Below are positions 42,981 to 53,500 of a stretch of DNA of 64,000 nt, piece after piece (position 1 is the stretch's first letter; each line of letters starts with the position of its first letter). The translations under genes and the position numbers were made by a program. Below the pieces are notes generated by a model. The model saw only the letters and a program-made list of their open reading frames with translations. It was not told the DNA's origin and made no database searches. This DNA is from a virus (lineage: Duplodnaviria; Caudoviricetes): positions 1-64,000 of the IMG/VR virus record IMGVR_UViG_2795386110_000001; one strand, 5' to 3'.

Positions 42981-44545
42981 CGACGGCCGTGAGCGAGCTG
43001 GAGCACCTGGACGACGCGGAGGTCTACCGGCGGCTGCACGCGGCGCAGCGGTCCATGAGCGCCGACCTGCTGCGGGATCCGGTGACGCTCGCTCGCGGCC
43101 TCGACTCCACGTTCCGGATGCGCCCGCACCTACGGATCATCGGTGACGCGCTCGCCGAGGTGGGGCGCGGCGAGACCGACCGGCTGCTCATCCTGACCCC
43201 GCCCCAGGTCGGCAAGTCCACGACGGTCGCCGAGTGGTTCCCCTTCTGGTGGCTGTGCACCTACCCGATGGACCGGATCGCGGCCACCTCCTACTCGGAC
43301 GACCTGGCGCTGAAGCGCGGCAAGACGATCCGCTCCTACGTCGAGGAGTACGGCGACGAGTGGGAGCTGTACCTGCGGGCCGGCTCCGGGGCCATGCAGG
43401 ACTGGGAGCTGACCCGCAGCGGCGGCGTCCGCTCCGTGTCCGTCGGCAAGGGTCTGACCGGCTACCCGGTGAACCTGCTGATCGTCGACGACCCGCACAA
43501 GGACCGCGCGGACGCCGAGTCGGAGGCCTCCCGTAGAGCACTGCACGACTGGTACTCGTCGACCGCCCTCAAGCGCCTCCAGCCGGACCGCAACGCCGTG
43601 GTGGCGATCCAGACCCGCTGGCACCCGGACGACTTCGCCGGGCGCCGCCTCCAGGAGGAGGGCCGCAGCGAGGACGGCGGCCGGTGGAAGGTGATCCACC
43701 TCCCGGCGATCGCCGACCCGAAGTTCGGCCCCGACCCGCTCGGCCGCGAACCCGGCGACCCGCTGCCGCACCCGAAGATCCCTACCCGCGACCGGAAGGC
43801 ACTCCTGGCCTGGTGGGCGGACATGAAGAAGACCTCGATCGTGCGGGACTGGCACGCCCTCGCCCAGGGCGACCCGCAGCCTGCAGAAGGAGCGCTCGTG
43901 TCCGAGGAACTGCTGCGCCTGCTGCGGGACACCACCACGCCCGTGGAGCCGCAGAAGATCGCCGTCGCCATCGACCCCTCGGGCGGCGGCCGGGACGTCG
44001 CCGGCGTCATCGGCGGCTTCCTCGGCGACGACGGCCGCGTATGGATCACCGACGACGTCTCCGCAGCCATGTCCTCGGCCGAGTGGTCCACCGCCGCGTG
44101 CCGGCTCGCGCACCGCACGGACGCGGCGATCATCTACGTCGAGTGGAACTTCGGTCGCGACATGTGCGTCCTCGCCATCCAGACGTCGTGGGAGAAGCTC
44201 CAGAACGACGGGGAGATCCCCAAGAGCAAGCTGATGCCGGCCATCGCCCCCGTGCGCGCCAAGCAAGGCAAGCTGCTCCGCGCCGAGCCGATCGCCCAGC
44301 AGATGGTGCAGGACAAGGTCCGCTTCCGGGGCGTGTTCACCGACATGGAACGCGAGTGGTCGACCTGGCAGTCCAGCGACCCCGACAGCCCCGGCCGGAT
44401 CGACGCCTCCTGCATCCTTGTGTACGGCCTGATCCCCGAGGCCAACCAGGGCGCCATCGTGCACGCCCCGCTCCCGCAGGCGCCACAGTCGGGCGGGCGT
44501 GCGAGCAGTGCGGCGTCGGCATACGGGCGCAGGATCGGAAAGTGA
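42977..44545 (+). CDS. terL: Terminase large subunit
   Basis: PPQVGKS Walker A, LLIVDDPHK Walker B, QTRWHPDD, AIDPSG and SPGRIDA. Confidence 0.93.
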   Translation: MTTAVSELEHLDDAEVYRRLHAAQRSMSADLLRDPVTLARGLDSTFRMRPHLRIIGDALAEVGRGETDRLLILTPPQVGKSTTVAEWFPFWWLCTYPMDRIAATSYSDDLALKRGKTIRSYVEEYGDEWELYLRAGSGAMQDWELTRSGGVRSVSVGKGLTGYPVNLLIVDDPHKDRADAESEASRRALHDWYSSTALKRLQPDRNAVVAIQTRWHPDDFAGRRLQEEGRSEDGGRWKVIHLPAIADPKFGPDPLGREPGDPLPHPKIPTRDRKALLAWWADMKKTSIVRDWHALAQGDPQPAEGALVSEELLRLLRDTTTPVEPQKIAVAIDPSGGGRDVAGVIGGFLGDDGRVWITDDVSAAMSSAEWSTAACRLAHRTDAAIIYVEWNFGRDMCVLAIQTSWEKLQNDGEIPKSKLMPAIAPVRAKQGKLLRAEPIAQQMVQDKVRFRGVFTDMEREWSTWQSSDPDSPGRIDASCILVYGLIPEANQGAIVHAPLPQAPQSGGRASSAASAYGRRIGK

Positions 44546-44547
44546 GA

Positions 44548-44584
44548 CTCGTACTCGATATACGCTTGTTGCTCGTACTCGATA
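44548..44584. promoter_or_regulatory. Direct-repeat operator upstream of the PadR gene
   Basis: CTCGTACTCGATA twice, 24 bp apart. Confidence 0.6.
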
Positions 44585-44601
44585 CATGGTTTCCTTGGGG
44601 C

Positions 44602-44922
44602 ATGACCAATATCAGGCTCACCAAGCCGACCATGGCGGTCTTGGGTGTGCTCCTTGATGCGAGGCCTGACGCTCCTGCGTGGGGCCTGAGCATCTGCCGC
44701 GACGCCGACCTCGGTCCCGGCACCGTCTACCCGATTCTCGACCGACTCCTTGAGCGCGGCTGGCTCAGGAGCTGGGACGAGGTAGAAGCCCATCCAGGGC
44801 GTCCGGCCCGACGGTTCTACGAGTTCACGGGTTCTGGGCGCACCCACGCCCTGGAAGCGCTGGAAGCCCGCGCCGCACGCCGTGCCCGGTTCAGCCTCCG
44901 TCCCGCAGGCGGTGCAGCGTGA
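44602..44922 (+). CDS. PadR-family regulator
   Basis: WGLSICRDADLGPGTVYPILDRLLERGW...GRPARRFYEFT. Confidence 0.9.
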   Translation: MTNIRLTKPTMAVLGVLLDARPDAPAWGLSICRDADLGPGTVYPILDRLLERGWLRSWDEVEAHPGRPARRFYEFTGSGRTHALEALEARAARRARFSLRPAGGAA

Positions 44923-45641
44923 CGGCGTTGGGAAGCGATGGGCCCCCGCTGCCTGAAGGCGGCCGTGGGGGCCACCTCGGCGAAGCCGTGAGCGGCAGGG
45001 CGAACGCATGGCTGGGAGCAGAAACCAGAAAGCGCGTACTCGGGCACATTGCGACATGCCCGAAGTGCAAGACCGATCTTGACACGCAGAAGCGGGTCAA
45101 AGACCTCGACGAAGCGCGTATGTGGTTTCGGACCGCTGAGGACCTCTCAACAGAATTGATCTTCCGCCCACTGACGGAAGTGGAACGCGATCACGTCCAA
45201 CGCCGAGAACCGCGAGCAGAACGATGGACCTTCCTGGCGGCCAGGATCGCCGGAGGCCGACGCGACATGCTTACTGTATGGCTGGCTGACCTTGACGGCC
45301 GACCGGAGGATGGCTGCTCCCTCACACCGTGGCAGCAGCGACGGTATGCCCTTGGGTTCCTCTTTGCCGCTGTCCGATTCCTTCTTCGAGACGCCGTTGG
45401 TCACCTGTGGCGTCCCGTCGACTGGATGCTGGGCACGCGGAACCGCCGGGAAACGTTCATTGGAGTGCCGCCGGCCCTGCTCGTGCTCTATATCGCGAAG
45501 CACGATGGACTTCACACCCTCCTGACGGAAGGGTGGGGCTGGGTCGGCGGTTGCGGCGTGGCGATGTTCGCTCTCGTCCGCTGGCTCCAGCGAGTTCGAG
45601 GGATTGAGCTGGCCGAGGGAGCCCCGTCCGGCGAGCACTAG
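44919..45641 (+). CDS. Membrane protein with a zf-HC2 (HxxxCxxC) motif
   Basis: HIATCPKC plus C-terminal TM segments; coupled to padR. Confidence 0.65.
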   Translation: MTALGSDGPPLPEGGRGGHLGEAVSGRANAWLGAETRKRVLGHIATCPKCKTDLDTQKRVKDLDEARMWFRTAEDLSTELIFRPLTEVERDHVQRREPRAERWTFLAARIAGGRRDMLTVWLADLDGRPEDGCSLTPWQQRRYALGFLFAAVRFLLRDAVGHLWRPVDWMLGTRNRRETFIGVPPALLVLYIAKHDGLHTLLTEGWGWVGGCGVAMFALVRWLQRVRGIELAEGAPSGEH

Positions 45642-45854
45642 GTGGACGCATGGCAGGCTCCCGATTCCTAGCGGAACACGGGAGCCTGCTCCTTGTGCTG
45701 GAGTCCTGGAGAGCCGCCGCCCTCCGTCCTTCACCCCTTGCGCCCTACGGCGTCGCAGCTGGGCGGACGACCCGGCGAGGCAGCGTCGCGAGGAGGATCC
45801 GCTAGTGAGCAGCGGAACGGTCACGCGGGGGCGACAACTCCGCCCCCGCCAGGC

Positions 45855-47096
45855 TCAGAAGGGAGGACGGGGGACAGGGGTGTCCAGACGACCGTCTGCG
45901 AGGAGCCTCTCCATGGTGAGGCGGCCGGTATATAGGCGCTGGAGGTCCATCCACCTCCGCTGGTGGCTGACGAGGTTGGTGTATTCAGCGAGGTCCTGGG
46001 AGAGCACGAAGAATTGGTCTGCGGACAGCGTGCCGACGCCCTGATCCCGCAGCACAGTGAGCCGGGCGTCGGCGTTCGTCGTGCTCACGAGGACGCGGGT
46101 CTCCCAGACACACCCGACGCCCTGAATTCGGAGGGTGTCTTTCACGAGGGCAGGCCCGCTCAGGATCCACCGCACGGTAGCCGCGCACCAGACATGGTCC
46201 CCGATACGGAAAGCGGTCAGATCGGTCGCTCGATCGATGAATGCGGTCGGCTGCATGGCCCAGCCCAGCACCCGTACGGTGTCAGTCCCGACCAGCGTGC
46301 CTTCGCCCTCGACAAAGAAGCCCATCGTGCTCTCGAAGCCCGGCCCTTCCAAGGTCGGCGTCACGAACATCAGACGCATGGCCTCAGACTCGATTGCACT
46401 GCGGCTCTCTGGGGCCTTGAGGATTGAACGCACTGCGTTCTCATCGACATCGGCGGTCCGCTGTGCGAACTTCTCCACGAGCTCGTTCCAGCTTGTGAGG
46501 AGCACGAACCGATCCTCGATGCCGGCGAGGTCCTCGTTCATCGGGTACCGGAAAGCGGCCCCGTCGCCGAAGTCCTTCGTGTTCTTGCTGACGAAGTAGA
46601 CCGTCTCGTCAGGATGCTCCCGCGCGTACTCGACGGCCGTGAGCCAGATCGCGGCGTCCCGCCCGCCGATCTTCGCCGTGTCGCCGCCCTCGTTGACGGT
46701 GACCTGCTTGCACGGCGGCAGGAGGTTCGCCTCCCGGATCAGTGCCTGCTTGAGCGCGGTCTCGCTCGTTCGGACGACGTCGACTACGCCGAGCCACTTC
46801 TCGCGCCACTCGTCCTGGAAACGCTGTAGATCCATCTGCGGCAGCGGCACGCTGATCGGCCACGGCGTTCCTTCCGTGAGGCTGCGCAGGGCGGTTTCAG
46901 CCGCCTCGTACTTCCGGCGGTACGGCACCGCCCGATGTGCCGTCAACTCCTCCAGCACCACCCACGGCACGGCCACGCGCTCGATCCCGGACGCCCTGAT
47001 GATCTTGACCAGATCCGTGGTGGCGCTGTCGATGCCGGACTTCGTGAGTATGTTCGTGTCCAGGATGATCAAGGCGAGCGGCTCCGTCTCACGCAT
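45855..47096 (-). CDS. PIN-domain protein (DUF4935-like)
   Basis: IILDTNIL, VLEEL, RDAAIWLT and FVSKNTKDF motifs. Confidence 0.85.
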   Translation of the reverse strand: MRETEPLALIILDTNILTKSGIDSATTDLVKIIRASGIERVAVPWVVLEELTAHRAVPYRRKYEAAETALRSLTEGTPWPISVPLPQMDLQRFQDEWREKWLGVVDVVRTSETALKQALIREANLLPPCKQVTVNEGGDTAKIGGRDAAIWLTAVEYAREHPDETVYFVSKNTKDFGDGAAFRYPMNEDLAGIEDRFVLLTSWNELVEKFAQRTADVDENAVRSILKAPESRSAIESEAMRLMFVTPTLEGPGFESTMGFFVEGEGTLVGTDTVRVLGWAMQPTAFIDRATDLTAFRIGDHVWCAATVRWILSGPALVKDTLRIQGVGCVWETRVLVSTTNADARLTVLRDQGVGTLSADQFFVLSQDLAEYTNLVSHQRRWMDLQRLYTGRLTMERLLADGRLDTPVPRPPF

Positions 47097-47183
47097 AGCT
47101 GGGTGGTGCGGTCAGGGTTTCAGGCTCTGTGGTCGCCGGCACCCGGTTTCGCATGCTGCCCACGGCGCCGTCCGTGCAGGCGT

Positions 47184-47270
47184 TCAGTCGTTCCCGACGT
47201 AGTTGTCCTTGACGACCTCGATACGGGTGGGCGGATAGATGTCGATTTCGTCGTTGGCGACGTAGCCCAT
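47184..47270 (-). CDS. 28-aa peptide ORF
   Basis: MGYVANDEIDIYPPTRIEVVKDNYVGND with AGGGA RBS, just downstream of the hairpin at 47293-47331. Confidence 0.35.
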   Translation of the reverse strand: MGYVANDEIDIYPPTRIEVVKDNYVGND

Positions 47271-48334
47271 CTCTCAGTTTCCCTGGCAGGGAGGGCCGCC
47301 GGGGAGTACGTCGGGCACTCCCCGGCGGCCCGGTTCAGCGGCGTTCGAACCAGTAGACGGCCCAGGCGAGCACGCCGGTCACGGACGCCTTGACGGCCAG
47401 GCGTACGAGTTCGTCGCTCGCCGTGTCCAGCAGTCGGCGGGCCCGCATCCGGGCCGGGCTCAGCCGCCTGCCCTGCGGCTTCGCGCCGAGGGTCGGGCCG
47501 TCGAGGTGCTGGTCAGGCTTGCTCTGACGGTGGGAGCCCGTAGGCTCGTTCTCGGTAGGAATCGTGGCCTCCTTGTGGTGGTCGGTTCTTGCTCTCGAAG
47601 TCGGTGGCCTCCTGCGTGCAACAGGGGGCCGCCGCCGTGTAGGCGACGGCACCGAAAGGCCGCCGAGACCATTGTGTCGGGCAGTGCTGACAACCCAGCC
47701 GACCGCTGGAGTTGCTTACCGCAGCCCCCGAAGTGGGGCATAACGGCAGATTTGCGAGGTCGCGGGCCGTCGGAAGTGGATCGGCGAACACGTCGTCTAC
47801 TGAGGGCATAGCCCGCCATCACGTCCGGAGCTTGCCGCCCTTGTCCTTGTGGCCTGCGGCTGCGCGCCTGCTGGCGGTCCGCTGCCTGGGCAGCGCGGCA
47901 CGCTCACGAACTTCCACATATGCATGGAGGTCCGGTCGCCAGCCACGCGGGAACTTGCCGTCCGTGAGCAGGATGGTCGCCACCCTGCGCCCGATGGCCT
48001 GCCTCTTCCGGGATTCCCGGCGCTTGGAGAAGGGGTCCGCCCTCGTCCTGGTTGGTGACGTACAGGTTCTTGCCCAAGTTTCCGATGTTGGCGACGTTCA
48101 CCTGCTTGCCGAACACGGACACGTCGTCGTCCTTGTAGTCGCCCTTGGGGTTGATGAACTCGATGACGCACTTGCTGTTCCGCGTGAAGTCCTCGATCTC
48201 GGGCGGGGCATCGTCCGACTGCCGGTGTGGCTGTCCCAGTCCCGTCCATTCACTCTAGCCGCGCACTGCGCACGCAGTGCTGCGCAGTATCCTGGCCGCC
48301 GTTCCTGACCTGGGGATCTTGATGGAGGCGGCCT

Positions 48335-48667
48335 GTGATCTCTCTGCCCGTGCTCGCAGTGCTCGGTGTCGCCGCGTATCGGGCGACCCAGCTCGGCGTC
48401 CATGACTCGATCCTCGACCCCGCCCGGGAGCGCCTCGCCGCCTGGCAGGCGAACAACCTCGACTCCAAAGCGCGTGCCTTCCTGATCCAGCTGATCAGCT
48501 GCATCTACTGCCTCGGCTGGTGGCTGTCCGGCGTGACGCTTCTCGTGTACCTCCTCGCCACCGACAGCTGGGGCGCCGCCCCGTGGATCGTCCACGGCAT
48601 CGAGTGGTTCGCGGTGGCCGGCGTGCAGGCTCTCCTCAACCGCCGCGACGACACGTACAGCGGGTGA
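48335..48667 (+). CDS. DUF1360-like membrane protein
   Basis: YRATQLGVHDSILDPARE...LISCIYCLGWW; this family typically precedes the portal gene in actinophages. Confidence 0.8.
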   Translation: MISLPVLAVLGVAAYRATQLGVHDSILDPARERLAAWQANNLDSKARAFLIQLISCIYCLGWWLSGVTLLVYLLATDSWGAAPWIVHGIEWFAVAGVQALLNRRDDTYSG

Positions 48668-48670
48668 CCT

Positions 48671-50401
48671 GTGGCCCGCCAGCTCACCGCAGCCGCCTCC
48701 CGCTACAGCGTCAAGACCACCAACAGCAGGGCCAGCCGCACCGACAGCTCGTGGCAGCAAGAGGCGTGGCGGTTCTTCAAGGAAGTCCCCGAAGTGCGGT
48801 TCGCCGGGACGTGGGTCGGCAACGCCATGGGCGGCGCCACCCTGTACGCCGGGCGGCGCGCCGACGACGGCACGATCGAACGCGCCCCCGACAACCACCC
48901 CGCGGCCGAGATCGTCCGCGAGATCGCAGGCGGCCCCGACGGGCAGTCCAACCTCCTCGGTGACTTCGGCCCGCACCTGGTCGTCGCGGGAGAGGGGTGG
49001 ATCGTCGTCCGGCCCACCGCCGACAAGACGAATATGGTCGACGGCTACGACTGGCGGGTCCTGTCCACCCGTGAGGTGAAGCAGCAGGGCGGCGGGAAGC
49101 TGACCGCCGAGATCGACGGCGAAGACATACCGATCCCGCCGTACGACCCGGACGCCCCCGCGGACCCCATGGCGCCGATCGCGATACGCGTGTGGAAGCC
49201 GTCCCCCGACCGGCACATCGAAGCCGACAGCCCGGTCCGCTCCAGCCTCGTCCTGCTGGAAGAACTCCAGCTGCTCAACGCGGCCGTCGCCGCCATCGCC
49301 CGTTCCCGCATCACCGGCCGTGGCGTGCTCCTCGTCCCCAAGGGCACGAGGTTCCCGACCGCGCCCGGCACGGCCGGTGACGCTGAGGATGACCTGCTGG
49401 AAGTGTTCCTCGAGGTCTCCTCCACCGCCATCCGCGAACCGGACTCCGCGGCGGCGACAGTGCCGATCATCCTCGAAGTTCCCGCCGACGTGATCAGCGA
49501 CATCAAGTGGCTGTCGTTCGAGTCGAACTTCGACGAGCTCGCGCTGAAGCTCCGCGACGAGGCGATCCGCCGCTTCGCGAACGGTCTCGAAGTCCCGGCC
49601 GAGATCCTCCTCGGTCTGTCGGAGGCGAACCACTGGTCGGCATGGGCGATCTCCGCCGAAGCGGTACGCCTCGGTGTGGAACCGCGTCTCGCGCTCGTCG
49701 CGTTCGCGCTCACCACCCAGTGGCTGCGCCCCCTCCTGGAGGACGAAGGCGTGGAAGACGCCGACGAGTGGCTCGTCTGGTACGACACCAGCCAGCTCCG
49801 CGTCCAGGCCAACCGCGCCCAGACCGCCCTTGAGGCGTACCAGGCCGGCCTGATCTCTGGTGCCGCTGCCCGCCGCGAGACCGGCTTTGACGAGTCCGAC
49901 GCCCCCACAGCGGCCGAGAAAGCCCAGAACACCGCGGACCAGGCCGCCACCGAAGACGAGGAGACGCCGAGCAACGTGACGACCCTGCCCGTAAGCGAGA
50001 CGACCAGCATCCCCGACACCCTGCCCGCCTCTGCCGCCCTGCCGGAACGCGTCCTGGCGGCCGTCGACGGCCTGATCTGGGCCGCCCTCCAAGCCGCTGG
50101 TGAACGGCTGCGGAACAAGCCCGCCTGCCCCCGCTCCGAGCGCGCCCGCGCCCGCGAGATCGTACCCGCCGAGCTCCACACCGTGTTCCCCGTCGAGCAG
50201 GACATGATCGACGCCTGGCACCTCCTCGACGGCGCCTGGGCCCGCGTCCCCGAGATCGCCCGCCGCTACGGCCTTAACCCGGAATGCCTCACCGGGATCC
50301 TCGACGACTACGCGCGGGCCCTGATCGCCGCTCGGCACCCGCACACGTACGAGGACACCGCGCGCGTGCTGCGCGCCCCGTGCATCGCAGAGGCCGCGTG
50401 A
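48671..50401 (+). CDS. Portal protein
   Basis: WQQEAW...PEVRF...DSPVR...PAEILLG...NHWSAW; position between terL and MuF. Confidence 0.85.
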   Translation: MARQLTAAASRYSVKTTNSRASRTDSSWQQEAWRFFKEVPEVRFAGTWVGNAMGGATLYAGRRADDGTIERAPDNHPAAEIVREIAGGPDGQSNLLGDFGPHLVVAGEGWIVVRPTADKTNMVDGYDWRVLSTREVKQQGGGKLTAEIDGEDIPIPPYDPDAPADPMAPIAIRVWKPSPDRHIEADSPVRSSLVLLEELQLLNAAVAAIARSRITGRGVLLVPKGTRFPTAPGTAGDAEDDLLEVFLEVSSTAIREPDSAAATVPIILEVPADVISDIKWLSFESNFDELALKLRDEAIRRFANGLEVPAEILLGLSEANHWSAWAISAEAVRLGVEPRLALVAFALTTQWLRPLLEDEGVEDADEWLVWYDTSQLRVQANRAQTALEAYQAGLISGAAARRETGFDESDAPTAAEKAQNTADQAATEDEETPSNVTTLPVSETTSIPDTLPASAALPERVLAAVDGLIWAALQAAGERLRNKPACPRSERARAREIVPAELHTVFPVEQDMIDAWHLLDGAWARVPEIARRYGLNPECLTGILDDYARALIAARHPHTYEDTARVLRAPCIAEAA

Positions 50402-50598
50402 CCAGCCGGGAAGCGCGCCTCACCGTCGCCGTGGTCACCAGCCAGCCACGGCCCAAGTGGTGCCCCGACTGCAAGGCGAACACAGGCCTCGCCGTCGACG
50501 TGCACGCGCTCTTCCCGACCGGCGTGACGTACGTGACCACCGTCGCCGTCTGCGAGATCTGCGACGACCCCGACGACCCGGAGGTGAACCGTGGCTGA
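50398..50598 (+). CDS. Small Zn-ribbon protein
   Basis: WCPDCK...VCEICD; GTGA coupling. Confidence 0.55.
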   Translation: MTSREARLTVAVVTSQPRPKWCPDCKANTGLAVDVHALFPTGVTYVTTVAVCEICDDPDDPEVNRG

Positions 50599-53500
50599 CC
50601 CGCCCGACGCGCTCACGGCGGCCGAACAGACCGTCGCTGAAGAGGTGCGCGCCGTCCTGGACGACGTCGCCGCAGAGATAGCGGGGGAACTCGCCGACGC
50701 GACAGAGATCGTCGCCGCCCGGTTCTCCCTCGCCCGTATCGGCCGCATGTGGACACAGCGTGTGCCCCGCATCGTGCGCCGTCTCCTCGGCGTCGCCGAG
50801 ACCGCCGCCGGCCAGGCCGCTGGCGACGTGGACGCCGAACTTCCCGACGGCTGGGACGACCTCCCCGGCCGCCACGACCACGGGGAAGACCTGCCCGCCT
50901 CGCTCGGCTCGTACGTCACCGACACTGAGCACCTGCTGCGCGCGGTCGGGGACCGGCTCACCCAGGCCGCCGTCGCCGAGCTCGCGGCAGGCCTCGACGC
51001 GGGCGAGGACATCGCCCAGCTCCGCGCCCGGCTGCGCGCCCTGTTCTCCCAGGACGGTGTCCAGCTCGGCGAGACCCGCGAGGAACGCATCGCCCGCACT
51101 GAGTCCACCCGGGCGTGGAACGCCGCCACCCTGGCCGCCGCCGAGGACCTCACCGGCGAGGGCCGCCCGCTCGTCAAGCAGTGGCAGACCCGCCGCGACA
51201 CACGCGTGCGTGACGCCCATGACGACGTCGACGGGCAGCTCCGGCTCCTCAACGAGGCGTTCACCGTCGTCGGCGTGGCCATGGCCTACCCCGGCGACCC
51301 GGCAGCGCCGCCCGAGCTCACCGTCAACTGCCGGTGCGTCCTGCGCTTGGCGCCCGAACAGCAGGCAGCAGCCTACGAATCGAAAGAAGGATCGCGCTCT
51401 GAGGTCTTCGAATCCCAGGAAGAGACGGCCGCAGCGGAGGGGAGTCACCTCATGGGCGGCATGATCGCGCTTCTGCCGCGCGACGAAGACGCACGGTTCC
51501 TTGCCCTCCCGGACGGCGAGGAACCCGGCGAGCTGCACTGCACGCTGTGGTTCCTCGGCGACGAGGCCGCCCAGTGGACGGAAGACCAGCGCCAGGAGCT
51601 CGTCGTCAACGTCCGCGCCCGCGCCGCCGATCTGCCCGGACCCATCACCGCCCGCGCGTTCGGCGTGAACCACTGGAACCCCGACTCCGAGAACCCTGCC
51701 TGGGTGTGGCCTGTCGGCGACGACCGCGACGCCGACGGGCCCGGCCTCCTCGACGCCCGCTCCCTGGCCTTCTGGGCGCTGGAGGACACCCACGACCGCC
51801 CCGACACGCCCGCCCAGCACTCTCCCTGGGTCGCCCACGTCACCGGCGCCTACGCCGCCGACACGTGGCCGTTCGACCCGATGTGTGAGCGGCTCGGCGC
51901 GATCACCTTCGACCGCATCCGCGTCGCGTTCGCCGGCGACCACCACGACATCCCGCTCGGCCCCGCAGAGGAGGAGCCCCCCATGGCCACACCCACGCAA
52001 GTGGAGGAAGCGCCACCGCCGCCGCCCGTCCGTACCTGGTCCACCCCCGACGGTGCCGCGCTCGCCTTCGAGAATGAGCAGACCGGCGACGGCCGTGTGT
52101 TCGCGCCCAGCGCCCTCTACTGGGACGGCTCCGGGCCGTGGCCGCTCCAGTACGCCGAAGCCATGGGGGAGGGCCACCACGGCGCCGAACTCGCAGGCGC
52201 CATCCATGGCCTCGGCCGGGAAGGCAACCGCATCACCGGCAGCGGCGTCCTGTACCTGACGCAGCCCGCCGGATACGACGCCTGCCTGCTCCTCGAACAG
52301 GAAGCACCGCTCGGCGTGTCCGTCGACCTGGACGACGTCGACGTGCAGCTCGTCGACACCACCGCCAGCCCCGACGAGGAACCCGACGTCCCGTTCCTGG
52401 AGGCGTCGTTCGCGTCCGCCAGCGTCATGCGCCTCGACGACGGCACGTGGATGATCACCGGCCGCAGCCGCGCCGAGTGGACCGCCTCCGGTGTGGAGAT
52501 GGCGCACAGCGCCCGCTCGGTGATGCTGTTCACCAGCCCCGGCGGCCGGATCTCCGCCGCGACCGCCCGCCGTGTCTTCGCCGACCAGATCAGCGCGGCC
52601 GCCGGCGACTCCGACCCCGGCGAGGGCGTCGTCTTCCACGAGGAGAAGTCCGGCGACTACCTCGTACGGATCACCCGGGCCCGGCTGCGCGGCGCGACAC
52701 TCGTATCGATGCCCGCCTACGACAAGGCCCGCATCGTCCTCGACCCGCCCGACGAGCAGACCGCGTCCGCCCCCGTGGTGGTGGCGTCCTCGGGCGACGG
52801 CCATGAGCGGGTCGTCACCTATGTGCGCACCTCACCGACGCCGGTCGGCCCGCGCCACCTGTCCCAGAAGCTCGGCATGAGCCTCGACCAGGTCCACGCC
52901 CACCTCAGCCGCGCCCTGGAGGCGGGCAGCGTCGTACGGATCGCCCGAGGCCTGTACGTCGGCGCGTCCACCCTCCCCGAGGGTGTGAGCGCCGAGCCGC
53001 CCTGGTCGGACGAGGCGACGGCCGCCGCAGCCCTCGACGCCCTGTACGACGAGCGCGGCGCTGAACTCGTCGCCTCCGCCTGGCAGGTGATGCAGTCCGA
53101 GAAGCCGATGCCCGCCGCATGGTTCCGTGAGCCCACTCCCGAGGAACTGCCGCCGGGCAGCGGCGGCGTCCACATCGTCGACGGCCGCGTCTACGGCTGG
53201 GTGGCGCAGCGCGGTGTACCGCATGCCGCGCACGGCCGGAAGGTCACCATCGACAAGCTCGCCAAGCGCGGCCTGGACCTGTCCCACTTCCTTCGGAGCA
53301 GGTTCCGTCTCGACGACGGCAGCGAGGTTCGCGCGGGCGCGATGACGATGAACGTCGGCCACCACCGCGACGGCTACGAGTGCGAAACGTCGGTCTGCCA
53401 GTTCGACGACACCCGCACCGTCGCCGCGGTGGTCACGGTCGGCATGAACGAAGGCGGCCTCTGGTTCTCCGGTGCCGCCGCGCCCTGGCTGTCCCCCTGG

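Noticed and set aside
48123-48140. FLAG-tag-like DYKDDD on the minus strand (possible engineered sequence)
   Set aside because: It reads DYKDDDV inside a natural-looking frame with no vector context; coincidence.
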